From an uncultured Acidobacteriota bacterium (GTDB taxonomy: Bacteria; Acidobacteriota; UBA6911), in assembly GCA_963773605.1 (NCBI GenBank), contig CAVZBT010000012.1, positions 198,417-262,416 of the forward strand: DNA of 64,000 nucleotides, read 5' to 3'. How positions within the stretch are numbered: position 1 is the first letter of the stretch; every line of letters begins with the position of its first letter. This document shows, one piece after another, positions 8,363-16,642 of the stretch. Position numbers and translations under genes: made by a program. The notes beneath the pieces are model-generated. The model saw nothing but the letters and a program-made list of their open reading frames with translations, was not told the origin of the DNA and did not search any database.

Positions 8363-9876
8363 TTGATCATCCGGGCGGCCTGATCACAGAAGATAGGCCA
8401 TGTTGTGAACTCGACGCGATTTCCGTCGCAAACGTGGTCGCAGAAGGCGCAAAGTCGGTCAAATGGTCATTCCTGTACAACCTAACGCCGCGCGCCGTGA
8501 CGCCCTTCTCCACCATGATCCTGGCGGCACTTCTCATGCCGTCGGACTTTGGGCTCGTAGCTGTTGCGTCCTTCGTCATAGCCCTGGCACAGATCGTTGT
8601 CGACCTGGGGCTGGGAAAGGCATTGATCCAACGCGAAACTCGAATCCGTGAGTTTGCGTCCGTGAGTTTCTGGGCTTCGCTGTTATTGTCGGCCGCGTTG
8701 TGTGTCATGCTCTGGGTCGCTGCACCGTGGGTTGCCGTGCTGTACAAGGACCACCAGGTGGCCGGGGTGATCCGTGTCTCAGCATTCCTGTTGCCGTTGA
8801 ACGGATTGATTGCCATTCCGAAGGCACTGCTTCGGCGCAACATGGAATTCCGCAGTCTTTTCTGGGTGAACTCCTCCTTCTTGGTCGGCCAGGCCGTGGT
8901 TTCCGTGCTGCTGGCGCTGGCCGGGATCGGATTTTGGTCCCTGATTTTTGGACAATTGGCCGGAATGATCATCAGCGTGACGCTTGCCTGGAGATTTTCC
9001 CGGTGGCGGCCGATGCTGCACCTGGACTGGCCCTTGTTGCACTCTACGCTTGGATTCAGCGCGTGGGTCATGGTCTCAGGCTTTCACAACTGGCTCCTGC
9101 AGTACTCCGACAAGGCCATAGCCGGGTTGTTCCTTGGTGTGCAGGGGCTGGGCATCTATTCGCTCGGCTTCAGCATCGCCATATTGATCCCCGGACTCGT
9201 CGAGGCCTCGCTCAGCGACGTTGCTTACCCGACATTCTGCAAGCTTCAGCGGAACCCGATGATCGTGGGACGAAGTCTGGTGAAATTGCAGACGCTCGCC
9301 GCGGCGATTCTGTTCCCCGTGGCCTTCGGCCTCTCGGCAATTGCTCCATCCGTCATTGACCTGATTTATGGCGAGAAGTGGCGCGGCCTGGGCACCGTGT
9401 TGGCGATCCTGGTGGTTATGCCCGGACTTGGTTGTGTCTGGTCCCTGAATGAAACGGCCTATCAGGCACTGGGCAGACCCGATATATGGACGAAACTGAC
9501 CGGCGTGTCCCTCGTAGCGCTCCTTCCTGTCCTGTGGATTGCCGGTCCCCATGGTTTGCTGCCTTTCACTCTAGCGCGCTTTGCGGCGGGATGGCTTCTT
9601 CCGGTCGGGAATATCCTATTCGGCTCACGCACACTCAGGGTCGGCATCTGGCACCAGGTGAGGTCGATCCTGTCGCCACTTGGCATTTCGCTGGTGATGT
9701 TCGCGGTGTTGCATATCCTGATCCGGCAACTCGGTCCCTTTCATGGTTTGCCCGGGCTGCTCAAACTGCTCTCACTGGTTGCAGGGGGCGGCTTTCTATA
9801 CCTGGCGCTCACCTGGTCTTTACATCGGGACTTGTGGAACCGCCTGCGCGAGAGTGTGCGCCAGATGCTGGCCTGA
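8359..9876 (+). CDS. Polysaccharide flippase (Wzx / MOP superfamily)
   Basis: VKWSFLYNLTPRAVTPFSTMILAALLMPSDFGLVAVASFVIALAQIVVDLGLGKALIQ plus about 12 TM segments. The start is uncertain: TTG at 8359 overlaps the upstream stop, and GTG at 8434 is an alternative. Confidence 0.75.
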   Translation: MIDHPGGLITEDRPCCELDAISVANVVAEGAKSVKWSFLYNLTPRAVTPFSTMILAALLMPSDFGLVAVASFVIALAQIVVDLGLGKALIQRETRIREFASVSFWASLLLSAALCVMLWVAAPWVAVLYKDHQVAGVIRVSAFLLPLNGLIAIPKALLRRNMEFRSLFWVNSSFLVGQAVVSVLLALAGIGFWSLIFGQLAGMIISVTLAWRFSRWRPMLHLDWPLLHSTLGFSAWVMVSGFHNWLLQYSDKAIAGLFLGVQGLGIYSLGFSIAILIPGLVEASLSDVAYPTFCKLQRNPMIVGRSLVKLQTLAAAILFPVAFGLSAIAPSVIDLIYGEKWRGLGTVLAILVVMPGLGCVWSLNETAYQALGRPDIWTKLTGVSLVALLPVLWIAGPHGLLPFTLARFAAGWLLPVGNILFGSRTLRVGIWHQVRSILSPLGISLVMFAVLHILIRQLGPFHGLPGLLKLLSLVAGGGFLYLALTWSLHRDLWNRLRESVRQMLA

Positions 9877-10027
9877 GTGCAGGCTGGTGGATTCGAGGCA
9901 AGACTGCCAGCCGCGACTGCACCTGGAGCGTCGCGTCCTCCTCCTCGACACGCGGCTCATCGGAATTATGACCGATTGAGTTTTACCGGTGGTCCGCCGA
10001 CCAGGGTAAGAAAGTGGCGGAAGAGAA

Positions 10028-11263
10028 ATGCGCATACTGACAGTAACTCTTGGGTTTTATCCGGCTCTGTCCTGGGGCGGGCCGGTGAAGATCGTGTACC
10101 AGAACAGCAGGGAGTTGATTCGGCGTGGTCACCACGTGACGATCTATTGCTCCAACTTGATGAACAAGAAGCAGAAGATTCGCCCGGGGACCTTCGAAGG
10201 GAGCGTGGAAGGTATCCGCATTGTCTATTTCAACACCTGGAATCTGCCCTGGTGGCCGGGAACCCTGGGGCCGTTCTGGCTGCCCGACCTGCCGGCCTAT
10301 CTAAAGCGGGAGGTCGGCGGTTATGACGTCGTTCACCTGGTCGGTTATCGCAGTTCCATGACGCTTCTGTCGGCGATGGCGGCCCGGAAGGCCGGCATTC
10401 CCATTATCACGCAGCCGCAGGGGACTTTGCCGGTCATAGCCAATATGTTCCTCCCCAAGCGCATGTACGACAGGCTTCTGGGTCGGATGGAACTCAAAGG
10501 CGTAAGCGCGCTGATTGCCCTGCAGCAGAGTGAACGCCGGCAGGCGTTAAGTCGAGGGATCCCGTCCGAGCGGGTTGAGATGATCCCGAATGGCATCGAT
10601 CCGGGCGAAATCGAGGGTTTGCCGGAGCCGGGCACTTTCCGCCGCAGGTACGGGCTGGCGAGCGACCGCCCCCTGATCCTGTTCCTGGGCAGGATCAACA
10701 GGATAAAGGGCACAGACATGCTCGTCAGGGCGTTCGCCAAGTTGACGACTCCTGGAATCCAGTTGGCCATCGTGGGGCCGGATGATGGCCAACTGGCGGA
10801 GGTGAGACGCCTGATCCACGAGTTCGCGCTCAGCGATCGGGTGGTTCTTCCCGGATTGATATCGGATGCCGACAAACTGGCGGCGTTCCGGGATGCGGAC
10901 CTCTTTGTGCTACCCAGCAGATCCGATGCCTATCCGACTACGGTAATGGAATCCTGCCTCGCCGGCAAACCCATGGTCGTCAGCGATCGGTGCGAGATGG
11001 CCGACATAGTAAGAGATAGAGTCGCTGACGTGGTCCCTTTCGACGCGGACGCATTCGCAGGTGCCATGCAGCGACTGCTTACGGATGAGGAAAGGTATGA
11101 ACGCTACAAGAGCAACTGCGCGCAACTGCTGTCCGACACGTTCTCGATCAGCGCCGTCGTAGATCGGCTCGAAACGACTTATCAGCGCGTCGTCGCCGAG
11201 AAGAAGGCGGCGTTCCCGCCGGCCGGCTATGGAAACGCTGGTGGCAACCCACCTGTAAGGTGA
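10028..11263 (+). CDS. Glycosyltransferase family 4
   Basis: MRILTVTLGFYPALSWGGPVKIVYQNSRELIRRGHHVTIY and the C-terminal LFVLPSRSDAYPTTVMESCLAGKPMVVSD (E-x7-E region). Confidence 0.85.
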   Translation: MRILTVTLGFYPALSWGGPVKIVYQNSRELIRRGHHVTIYCSNLMNKKQKIRPGTFEGSVEGIRIVYFNTWNLPWWPGTLGPFWLPDLPAYLKREVGGYDVVHLVGYRSSMTLLSAMAARKAGIPIITQPQGTLPVIANMFLPKRMYDRLLGRMELKGVSALIALQQSERRQALSRGIPSERVEMIPNGIDPGEIEGLPEPGTFRRRYGLASDRPLILFLGRINRIKGTDMLVRAFAKLTTPGIQLAIVGPDDGQLAEVRRLIHEFALSDRVVLPGLISDADKLAAFRDADLFVLPSRSDAYPTTVMESCLAGKPMVVSDRCEMADIVRDRVADVVPFDADAFAGAMQRLLTDEERYERYKSNCAQLLSDTFSISAVVDRLETTYQRVVAEKKAAFPPAGYGNAGGNPPVR

Positions 11264-11266
11264 CGG

Positions 11267-12442
11267 ATGACAAGAGTTACCATTGGACAACCTTGCCTCG
11301 TCAGGTACAGGGTACCGGTGTTCCGGGAGCTTGCGCGACGCCCCGGGTTTGCGGTTGAGATCCTCTACGGGGAACTCGCCCAGTTTCCGAACGTCAGCCC
11401 GGAAGGCTTTCAAGGCAAGAAAAGTAACCTCCGGCTCCTCCCCGGGGGAGCAATATGGCATCTTGCGCACCTCTCGGCCGCAACCCGGACCGGTTGTGAC
11501 GTCCTGATACTGCCGTGGGACGTTCACTACATCCTGCTCATCCCTGCGCTTCTGCGCGCACGGGCAGCCGGGGTGAGAACCGTACTTTGGGGGCACGGAT
11601 ACTCGAAGCACGACAACGTCGTCAGGACGGCGTGCCGCGCCATTCCTGTGCGACTCGCGGATGCACTCCTGTTCTACAATCATTCTGCCGCCAGTCATTT
11701 CGTTGAGTCATTCCCTTCCGCTGCGGGTCGCGTTTTCGTGGCCCTGAACGCCCTTGACCAAACCCCGGTTCAGGAGGCAAGAACATACTGGTTGTCCCAT
11801 CCGGACGAACTGGCGTCTTTCCGCAGGCAGTGGGATCTCTCTCATCCCGTCGTGCTCTACGTTTCGCGCCTCGAACCCGATAACCACGTCGAGTTGCTCT
11901 TAACCGCTTCTGCCCGCCTCAGCGGAAACTACCCGGCCTTACGGGTCGTCATCGTAGGCTCGGGACCTTCACTCGGCGCGCTCCGGGCGCTCGTCAGGAA
12001 TCTCGGCCTTGAACGCAACGTACTTTTCACCGGTGCGATATACGATGAAATGAGCCTGGCGCCCTGGTTTCTTTGCAGCGACGTGTTCTGCTATCCGGAG
12101 AATATTGGCCTCAGCATTCTCCATGCCTTCGGCTATGGCCTACCGGTTGTGACCAGCGACAAACTCGAGATACACGGTCCCGAAATCGAAGCGTTGACGA
12201 ATGGGCAGAGTGGTGTTCTCTACCGACACGGCAACGTGGACTCTCTCGCCAGTGTGCTCGACCGGCTGTTTTCGGACAGGGAGTATCTGAGCTCGCTTTC
12301 CAGGGTTGCCCACGATACAGCCACCAGGCGATTTACCCTGGACAATATGGTGAACGGCATTGAAGAGGCTGTCCGTTTCTGCACACAACTCAACCGACAC
12401 GCCCAGCGAAAACACCGCGCCCCAATGCTTCGCCGCGGCTGA
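11267..12442 (+). CDS. Glycosyltransferase family 4 / group 1
   Basis: VVLYVSRLEPDNHVELLLTA..LRVVIVGSGP..DVFCYPENIGLSILHAFGYGLPVVTSD is a GT1/GT4 C-terminal domain. The start is 4 nt after the upstream stop. Confidence 0.8.
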   Translation: MTRVTIGQPCLVRYRVPVFRELARRPGFAVEILYGELAQFPNVSPEGFQGKKSNLRLLPGGAIWHLAHLSAATRTGCDVLILPWDVHYILLIPALLRARAAGVRTVLWGHGYSKHDNVVRTACRAIPVRLADALLFYNHSAASHFVESFPSAAGRVFVALNALDQTPVQEARTYWLSHPDELASFRRQWDLSHPVVLYVSRLEPDNHVELLLTASARLSGNYPALRVVIVGSGPSLGALRALVRNLGLERNVLFTGAIYDEMSLAPWFLCSDVFCYPENIGLSILHAFGYGLPVVTSDKLEIHGPEIEALTNGQSGVLYRHGNVDSLASVLDRLFSDREYLSSLSRVAHDTATRRFTLDNMVNGIEEAVRFCTQLNRHAQRKHRAPMLRRG

Positions 12443-12540
12443 CCGTGAAATAGCCCGCCATACCGTCTGCAGAACTTTCCAGCCACAACGACCTGCTTCG
12501 CTCGATACCATCCTCCCCGAACCCTTGACTACACGCGCTA

Positions 12541-12632
12541 ACCTGGATTAAGCGAAGTCTGAACGACCAATGAGGACGCCGACTGAATCATCAGATGCCG
12601 TCGGCGTCTGTCGGCGCTCGTCCGGGTCCCAA
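12541..12632. repeat. Right copy of the ~95-bp inverted repeat (partner at 3733-3831)
   Basis: See 3733-3831. This copy contains a 9-bp hairpin, GACGCCGAC-N16-GTCGGCGTC. It lies immediately upstream of the CapD-like gene. Confidence 0.85.
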
Positions 12633-12638
12633 CGCGAA

Positions 12639-13841
12639 ATGATGCAAGCGGAACTACTTCAAAAGATACTCAAGCGATCAAAACCGATCTTTGCCGACGA
12701 TCTGGCGGATCATCGATTACAGATCGAGGATTGTATCAAGGGCGCCCGGATAATGGTGATCGGGGCGGCAGGTTCCGTCGGGAGCGCGTTTGTCCGTCAA
12801 CTGGAGCTCTATGCACCGGGGGCGCTCCACCTCGTCGATATAAGTGAAAACAACCTGGTGGAGCTGGTGCGGGATCTGCGGTCTTCTTTGATCGCTCTGC
12901 CCGAAGATTTCAAGACCTACGCGGTGGCCATGGGCTCGCAGGAATTCGACAAGCTCCTGGAGGCGGAAAAGGATTACGATTATGTGGTCAATTTTTCCGC
13001 CTTGAAGCATGTGCGTTCCGAAAAGGACCCCTACAGCCTGATGCGGATGTACAACACAAATGTCTATTACGTTAAGGAGCTGCTGGATACCCTGACGGGC
13101 ACAAAGATCAGGAAGCACTTTTCCGTCTCTTCCGATAAGGCGGCTAACCCGGCCAGTGTCATGGGGGCAACAAAGACCTTCATGGAGCGGATTTTACTGT
13201 CCTATGCCGATCGTATCCCTTTTTCGACGGCCCGGTTCGCCAACGTGGCCTTTTCCGACGGCAGCCTGCTGCACGGTTTCATGCAGCGTTTGGCCAAGCG
13301 GCAGCCTCTTTCCGCGCCGAACGACGTCAAACGCTACTTCATCTCTCATGAGGAGGCTGGGCAGTTGTGCCTCTTGTCCTGTTTTCTGGGAGAAAACCGC
13401 GACATCTATTTCCCAAAGTTGGACGAAAGCAGGGATCTCTTGACCTTCTCCCAAATCGCCGTTCTGGTTTTGGAGGCGGAAGGGTATCGGCCCGCGATCT
13501 GCTCATCCGAGGAGGAGGCCAGGCAACAGGCCGGGCACCTGACGGCCGATGCCACGGCTTGGCCTTGCTGGTTTTTCGCCAGCGATACGACTGGGGAAAA
13601 GGCTGTTGAGGAGTTTTATACGGCCGGCGACCGTGTGGATTTGAAGCGTTACCGGAATGTGGGGATCATCAGCCAACCGCGCTGGCCGGCGCCCGACAAG
13701 ATTCATCAGGCCATGGATGCTTTTGCCCGGATCAAGAGGCGCGGTGCCTGGGTCAAGGAAGATATGATCGAAGCCATCAAGATTATCGTGCCGGAACTGG
13801 CGCACGAAGAGACAGGAAAAAACCTCGATCAGAAGATGTAA
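12639..13841 (+). CDS. Polysaccharide biosynthesis protein, CapD-like SDR (nucleotide-sugar 4,6-dehydratase/epimerase family), short form without membrane domain
   Basis: ARIMVIGAAGSVGSAFVRQL..LHLVDISENNLVELVRDL..FSALKHV..SSDKAANPASVMGATK matches the Polysacc_synt_2 pattern (GxxGxxG, S..YxxxK-like). Start set at ATG 12639, because the upstream extension lies inside the repeat. Confidence 0.8.
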   Translation: MMQAELLQKILKRSKPIFADDLADHRLQIEDCIKGARIMVIGAAGSVGSAFVRQLELYAPGALHLVDISENNLVELVRDLRSSLIALPEDFKTYAVAMGSQEFDKLLEAEKDYDYVVNFSALKHVRSEKDPYSLMRMYNTNVYYVKELLDTLTGTKIRKHFSVSSDKAANPASVMGATKTFMERILLSYADRIPFSTARFANVAFSDGSLLHGFMQRLAKRQPLSAPNDVKRYFISHEEAGQLCLLSCFLGENRDIYFPKLDESRDLLTFSQIAVLVLEAEGYRPAICSSEEEARQQAGHLTADATAWPCWFFASDTTGEKAVEEFYTAGDRVDLKRYRNVGIISQPRWPAPDKIHQAMDAFARIKRRGAWVKEDMIEAIKIIVPELAHEETGKNLDQKM

Positions 13842-13975
13842 CCGATGCTGAAAGAGATGCGACCGCGCCACACCCGTGGTATCGATTACGATGCTGCGGA
13901 GGATGAAGAGGCCATGGACGGTTGCCGCGTGAGTGCCGCGTCAACTCACCCGGTCGCTCCTACCCATGAGGTCGG

Positions 13976-15223
13976 TCAACCAATGATGCGCAGGTTCGTG
14001 GGTGCCGCCAGGGCCGTGCCGGACCCGGCCTTCAGTATGACGCGGAAATGCGACGTGGCGAAGCGGCACGAACTGCACAGTTGACTGTAGTACAGGGTGT
14101 TGATCCAGGACGAACCATTCCATTTCTGGGCCGACGAAGTCGCATACGTTGACGCGGCGCTCAGCCCGAGGTCTGCATCCACACCGGTGCGATCCGCCGA
14201 CATGCGCCACACCGAAGATCCAACTGCGACCATCTCGATGTCCAGGACGTCTCCCGCGGCAACTGAAAATCTCTGGTCGGTGGGAAGGTCCAAGCTGTAC
14301 CACGAGTAGACTCCGTTCCCGTTTGGGCTCGAGGTCGTAAAATTTGCGGTGGCCTGGTGAATGAGCGTCGTTGCGACCGTCGCGCCGTTCTTCTTGCAGG
14401 TGATGGCCAGGTCCCCGGCTGTCTGGGCGGACGCGTGAATCTCGACGCCTGTAATTATCGTATCCTCGGTGATATTGAAGCGCTCGCGTACCGGGCTGGA
14501 TGAGTTGACGACATAGGGATAGGAGGAGTAGTTGCCGGGCTCCAGGCGAATGAAACCAAAGTACGTGCCGTCCGAATAGCCGTATTCGGCGCTGGGGAAA
14601 TAGTACAGGCTGCCGGCCAGGCTGCTGGAGTGTTGAGTCGAGGCATCGATATACGTGCTCGAGCTCCCGCTTGACACTTCCCAGATCATGACCCAGTCCG
14701 GTACCGGCGTATGGCGGACTACGGTGACGTGCCGGTCGATTGCGCACTGCGCATTCACACTGACCCAGTTCACCGTAGGAGACGGATCGATGTTCTGGAT
14801 TTCGATGAAATACATTTGCCCGGCCGTCACTGAACCGTTCGCCGTAAGGGCGAACAACGGCCAGCTATCGGAAAGAGCAGTGCGATTACCGCCTATGAGG
14901 TTGAGCTGTACCGAACCCGTCGACAGGGGCGTGCCCGTGCGGATCGGACGGGCAGGCGTTCCATTGTCCGCGGGCCAGATGCGGGCCTGCATCCGGCCGC
15001 CGGTACCGGCAGCATACCCTCCCGAGCCTGCCTGCAAGTAGGTGCGGAAACTCGTGATATTTCCGGACCTCGGGGCCCGGAAGCTCATCAGTACCTTGTA
15101 GGAACTGCTGCCGACATATCGGACGGGCAGGTTGCTATTATTGTCATTGATGTCCAGACCGGGCCCCAGAAGACATCCTGCGCCGATAATGGCGGTGCAC
15201 CGAGAGCCCAAGAGCACGGTCAA
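13976..15223 (-). CDS. Hypothetical secreted protein (Ser/Thr/Gly/Asn-rich, probably beta-rich)
   Basis: 415-aa ORF with a hydrophobic N-terminus (LLGSRCTAIIGAGCLL). No family recognised. Confidence 0.5.
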   Translation of the reverse strand: MTVLLGSRCTAIIGAGCLLGPGLDINDNNSNLPVRYVGSSSYKVLMSFRAPRSGNITSFRTYLQAGSGGYAAGTGGRMQARIWPADNGTPARPIRTGTPLSTGSVQLNLIGGNRTALSDSWPLFALTANGSVTAGQMYFIEIQNIDPSPTVNWVSVNAQCAIDRHVTVVRHTPVPDWVMIWEVSSGSSSTYIDASTQHSSSLAGSLYYFPSAEYGYSDGTYFGFIRLEPGNYSSYPYVVNSSSPVRERFNITEDTIITGVEIHASAQTAGDLAITCKKNGATVATTLIHQATANFTTSSPNGNGVYSWYSLDLPTDQRFSVAAGDVLDIEMVAVGSSVWRMSADRTGVDADLGLSAASTYATSSAQKWNGSSWINTLYYSQLCSSCRFATSHFRVILKAGSGTALAAPTNLRIIG

Positions 15224-15486
15224 GGAAAGAGAGACCGTACAGGCATTTGATAGCAGGAGGCCTGAGTCTGAAAGTCAACCTCGTGGTCTGCTTCTCTTTC
15301 ATTGGAGCGCCCCGTTGTATCGGTTGGCAGGTCCGGTCGATCGGACAGCTGTGTGTCCTCAAGGGTAACAGTAACTCCAAGTGATCACACTTGTCTTCCT
15401 GAAGCTGCGATACGTTTGTCTGCCGACTCAGTATGGACTATTGCGCGCCCGGAAAGCGTGCCGCCCGTCACACTCGACGCGATATT

Positions 15487-16227
15487 TTAGTGAAGACCGC
15501 GGGGGATTCGGAGGCTCTTGGGTTGTTGACCATGCCCACCTGCAGACGTGCCGCTTCCGTCACTCACGCGCATGTAGAGATATACCGGGTTGCCTCGGAA
15601 AATCCGAGTCAATATAGTAAACATAGAAAACCGTATCACGTGTTTCCAGCTCGGGAGCTCTATCCAACCACCTTTGTCGAACACTCTCCTGCTCGGCTGA
15701 TTGGATTTGTAGATGCCCGAGCGAATTGCCCGGCTGCCCCTATTCTTACTCTGGGTGATGGTGGCCTCCACAAGAGCCGGAAAAACACCCGCACCCCGGT
15801 ATTCGGGATCCACTGCGCCAATCGTCATCTGTGCAAAGCCGGGTTGATCGGCAAGTTTCCTGCTGGTCTTTGAGACGTCCGGGCGACGGAACAATCGACT
15901 CCACAGGGCTTTCCGAAGCAATAGGCCCGGCGACCGCAACACGCTCTTCATGAATTCCGGTAAACATGCAATAAACATGGGCAGCGTGAATGGCCCGTCA
16001 CAAACGCCGACCAGTCCGATGACCTTCCCAGCTGAATCAGCCACGATACAGTAGGCTCTATTGCTGGTAATGAGCCAGCGATAAGCCGCACGCACATAAT
16101 CTCTCCCGAGCATGACGGGGACGTGCTCTTCCGGCCGGAATGAAGCGCAATGCAGTTCCGTTAGCGCGGCAATATCGTTTGTCGTTGCAGCGCGTATGAC
16201 GAAGTTCAGGGAGCGAATTTGATCCAT
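15487..16227 (-). CDS. GNAT family N-acetyltransferase
   Basis: IRAATTNDIAALTELHCASF..CIVADSAGKVIGLVGV..IGAVDPEYRGAGVFPALVEA shows the GNAT A/B motifs. Start chosen at the internal ATG 16227 (the ORF extends to 16287). Confidence 0.6.
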   Translation of the reverse strand: MDQIRSLNFVIRAATTNDIAALTELHCASFRPEEHVPVMLGRDYVRAAYRWLITSNRAYCIVADSAGKVIGLVGVCDGPFTLPMFIACLPEFMKSVLRSPGLLLRKALWSRLFRRPDVSKTSRKLADQPGFAQMTIGAVDPEYRGAGVFPALVEATITQSKNRGSRAIRSGIYKSNQPSRRVFDKGGWIELPSWKHVIRFSMFTILTRIFRGNPVYLYMRVSDGSGTSAGGHGQQPKSLRIPRGLH

Positions 16228-16581
16228 CGCGGAATGATCCTCCTGGTCAAATGCCCTTGGGGATTGACTCACACGCGGCCTCGCCAATCGTGTGGGCTAT
16301 CCTCTGTGGCGCAGCACATCGAAGACCTTACACGCGATGATAATGGTACACCCAGGGGGTAACGCTGAGGCACGCCGACTTACGCTGACAGACACTGACT
16401 GGAGTTATTTTGCTTTGCGAGCGCCGCCCGTCACAATTCGTATGAGTTTTGCAGAGATTCGTACCGAGAGGGGCGAAGGCGTCAGCAAGTCAGCGGACGT
16501 CAGCGCAGGTGAGCGTCCGTCAGCGTTACCGAGAGGCGGTCGTGAGCGGCGGCAGGGAATGAGCGTAAGTACCAGCCGCAC

Positions 16582-16638
16582 GGGGCACGGATCTGCGCGG
16601 ATCTGAATCGGTGTAGATCCGCGCAGATCCGTGTCCCC
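16582..16638 (-). terminator. Long stem-loop immediately downstream of the 893-aa gene stop
   Basis: GGGGCACGGATCTGCGCGGATCT-N10-AGATCCGCGCAGATCCGTGTCCCC is a ~23-bp stem with one bulge. It begins 5 nt after the stop at 16643. There is no clear U-tract. Confidence 0.5.
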
Positions 16639-16642
16639 TCAT

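Noticed and set aside
3733-12632. Interpreting the inverted-repeat-bounded 8.9-kb segment as a transposon.
   Set aside because: I could find no transposase or integrase inside or adjacent, and no obvious target-site duplication. It is kept only as a cassette-boundary or inversion hypothesis.
16292-16606. A 104-aa plus-strand ORF in the GNAT / Fn3-gene intergenic region.
   Set aside because: There is no RBS or family signal, and the composition is driven by the short DNA repeats described there. It is more likely non-coding.
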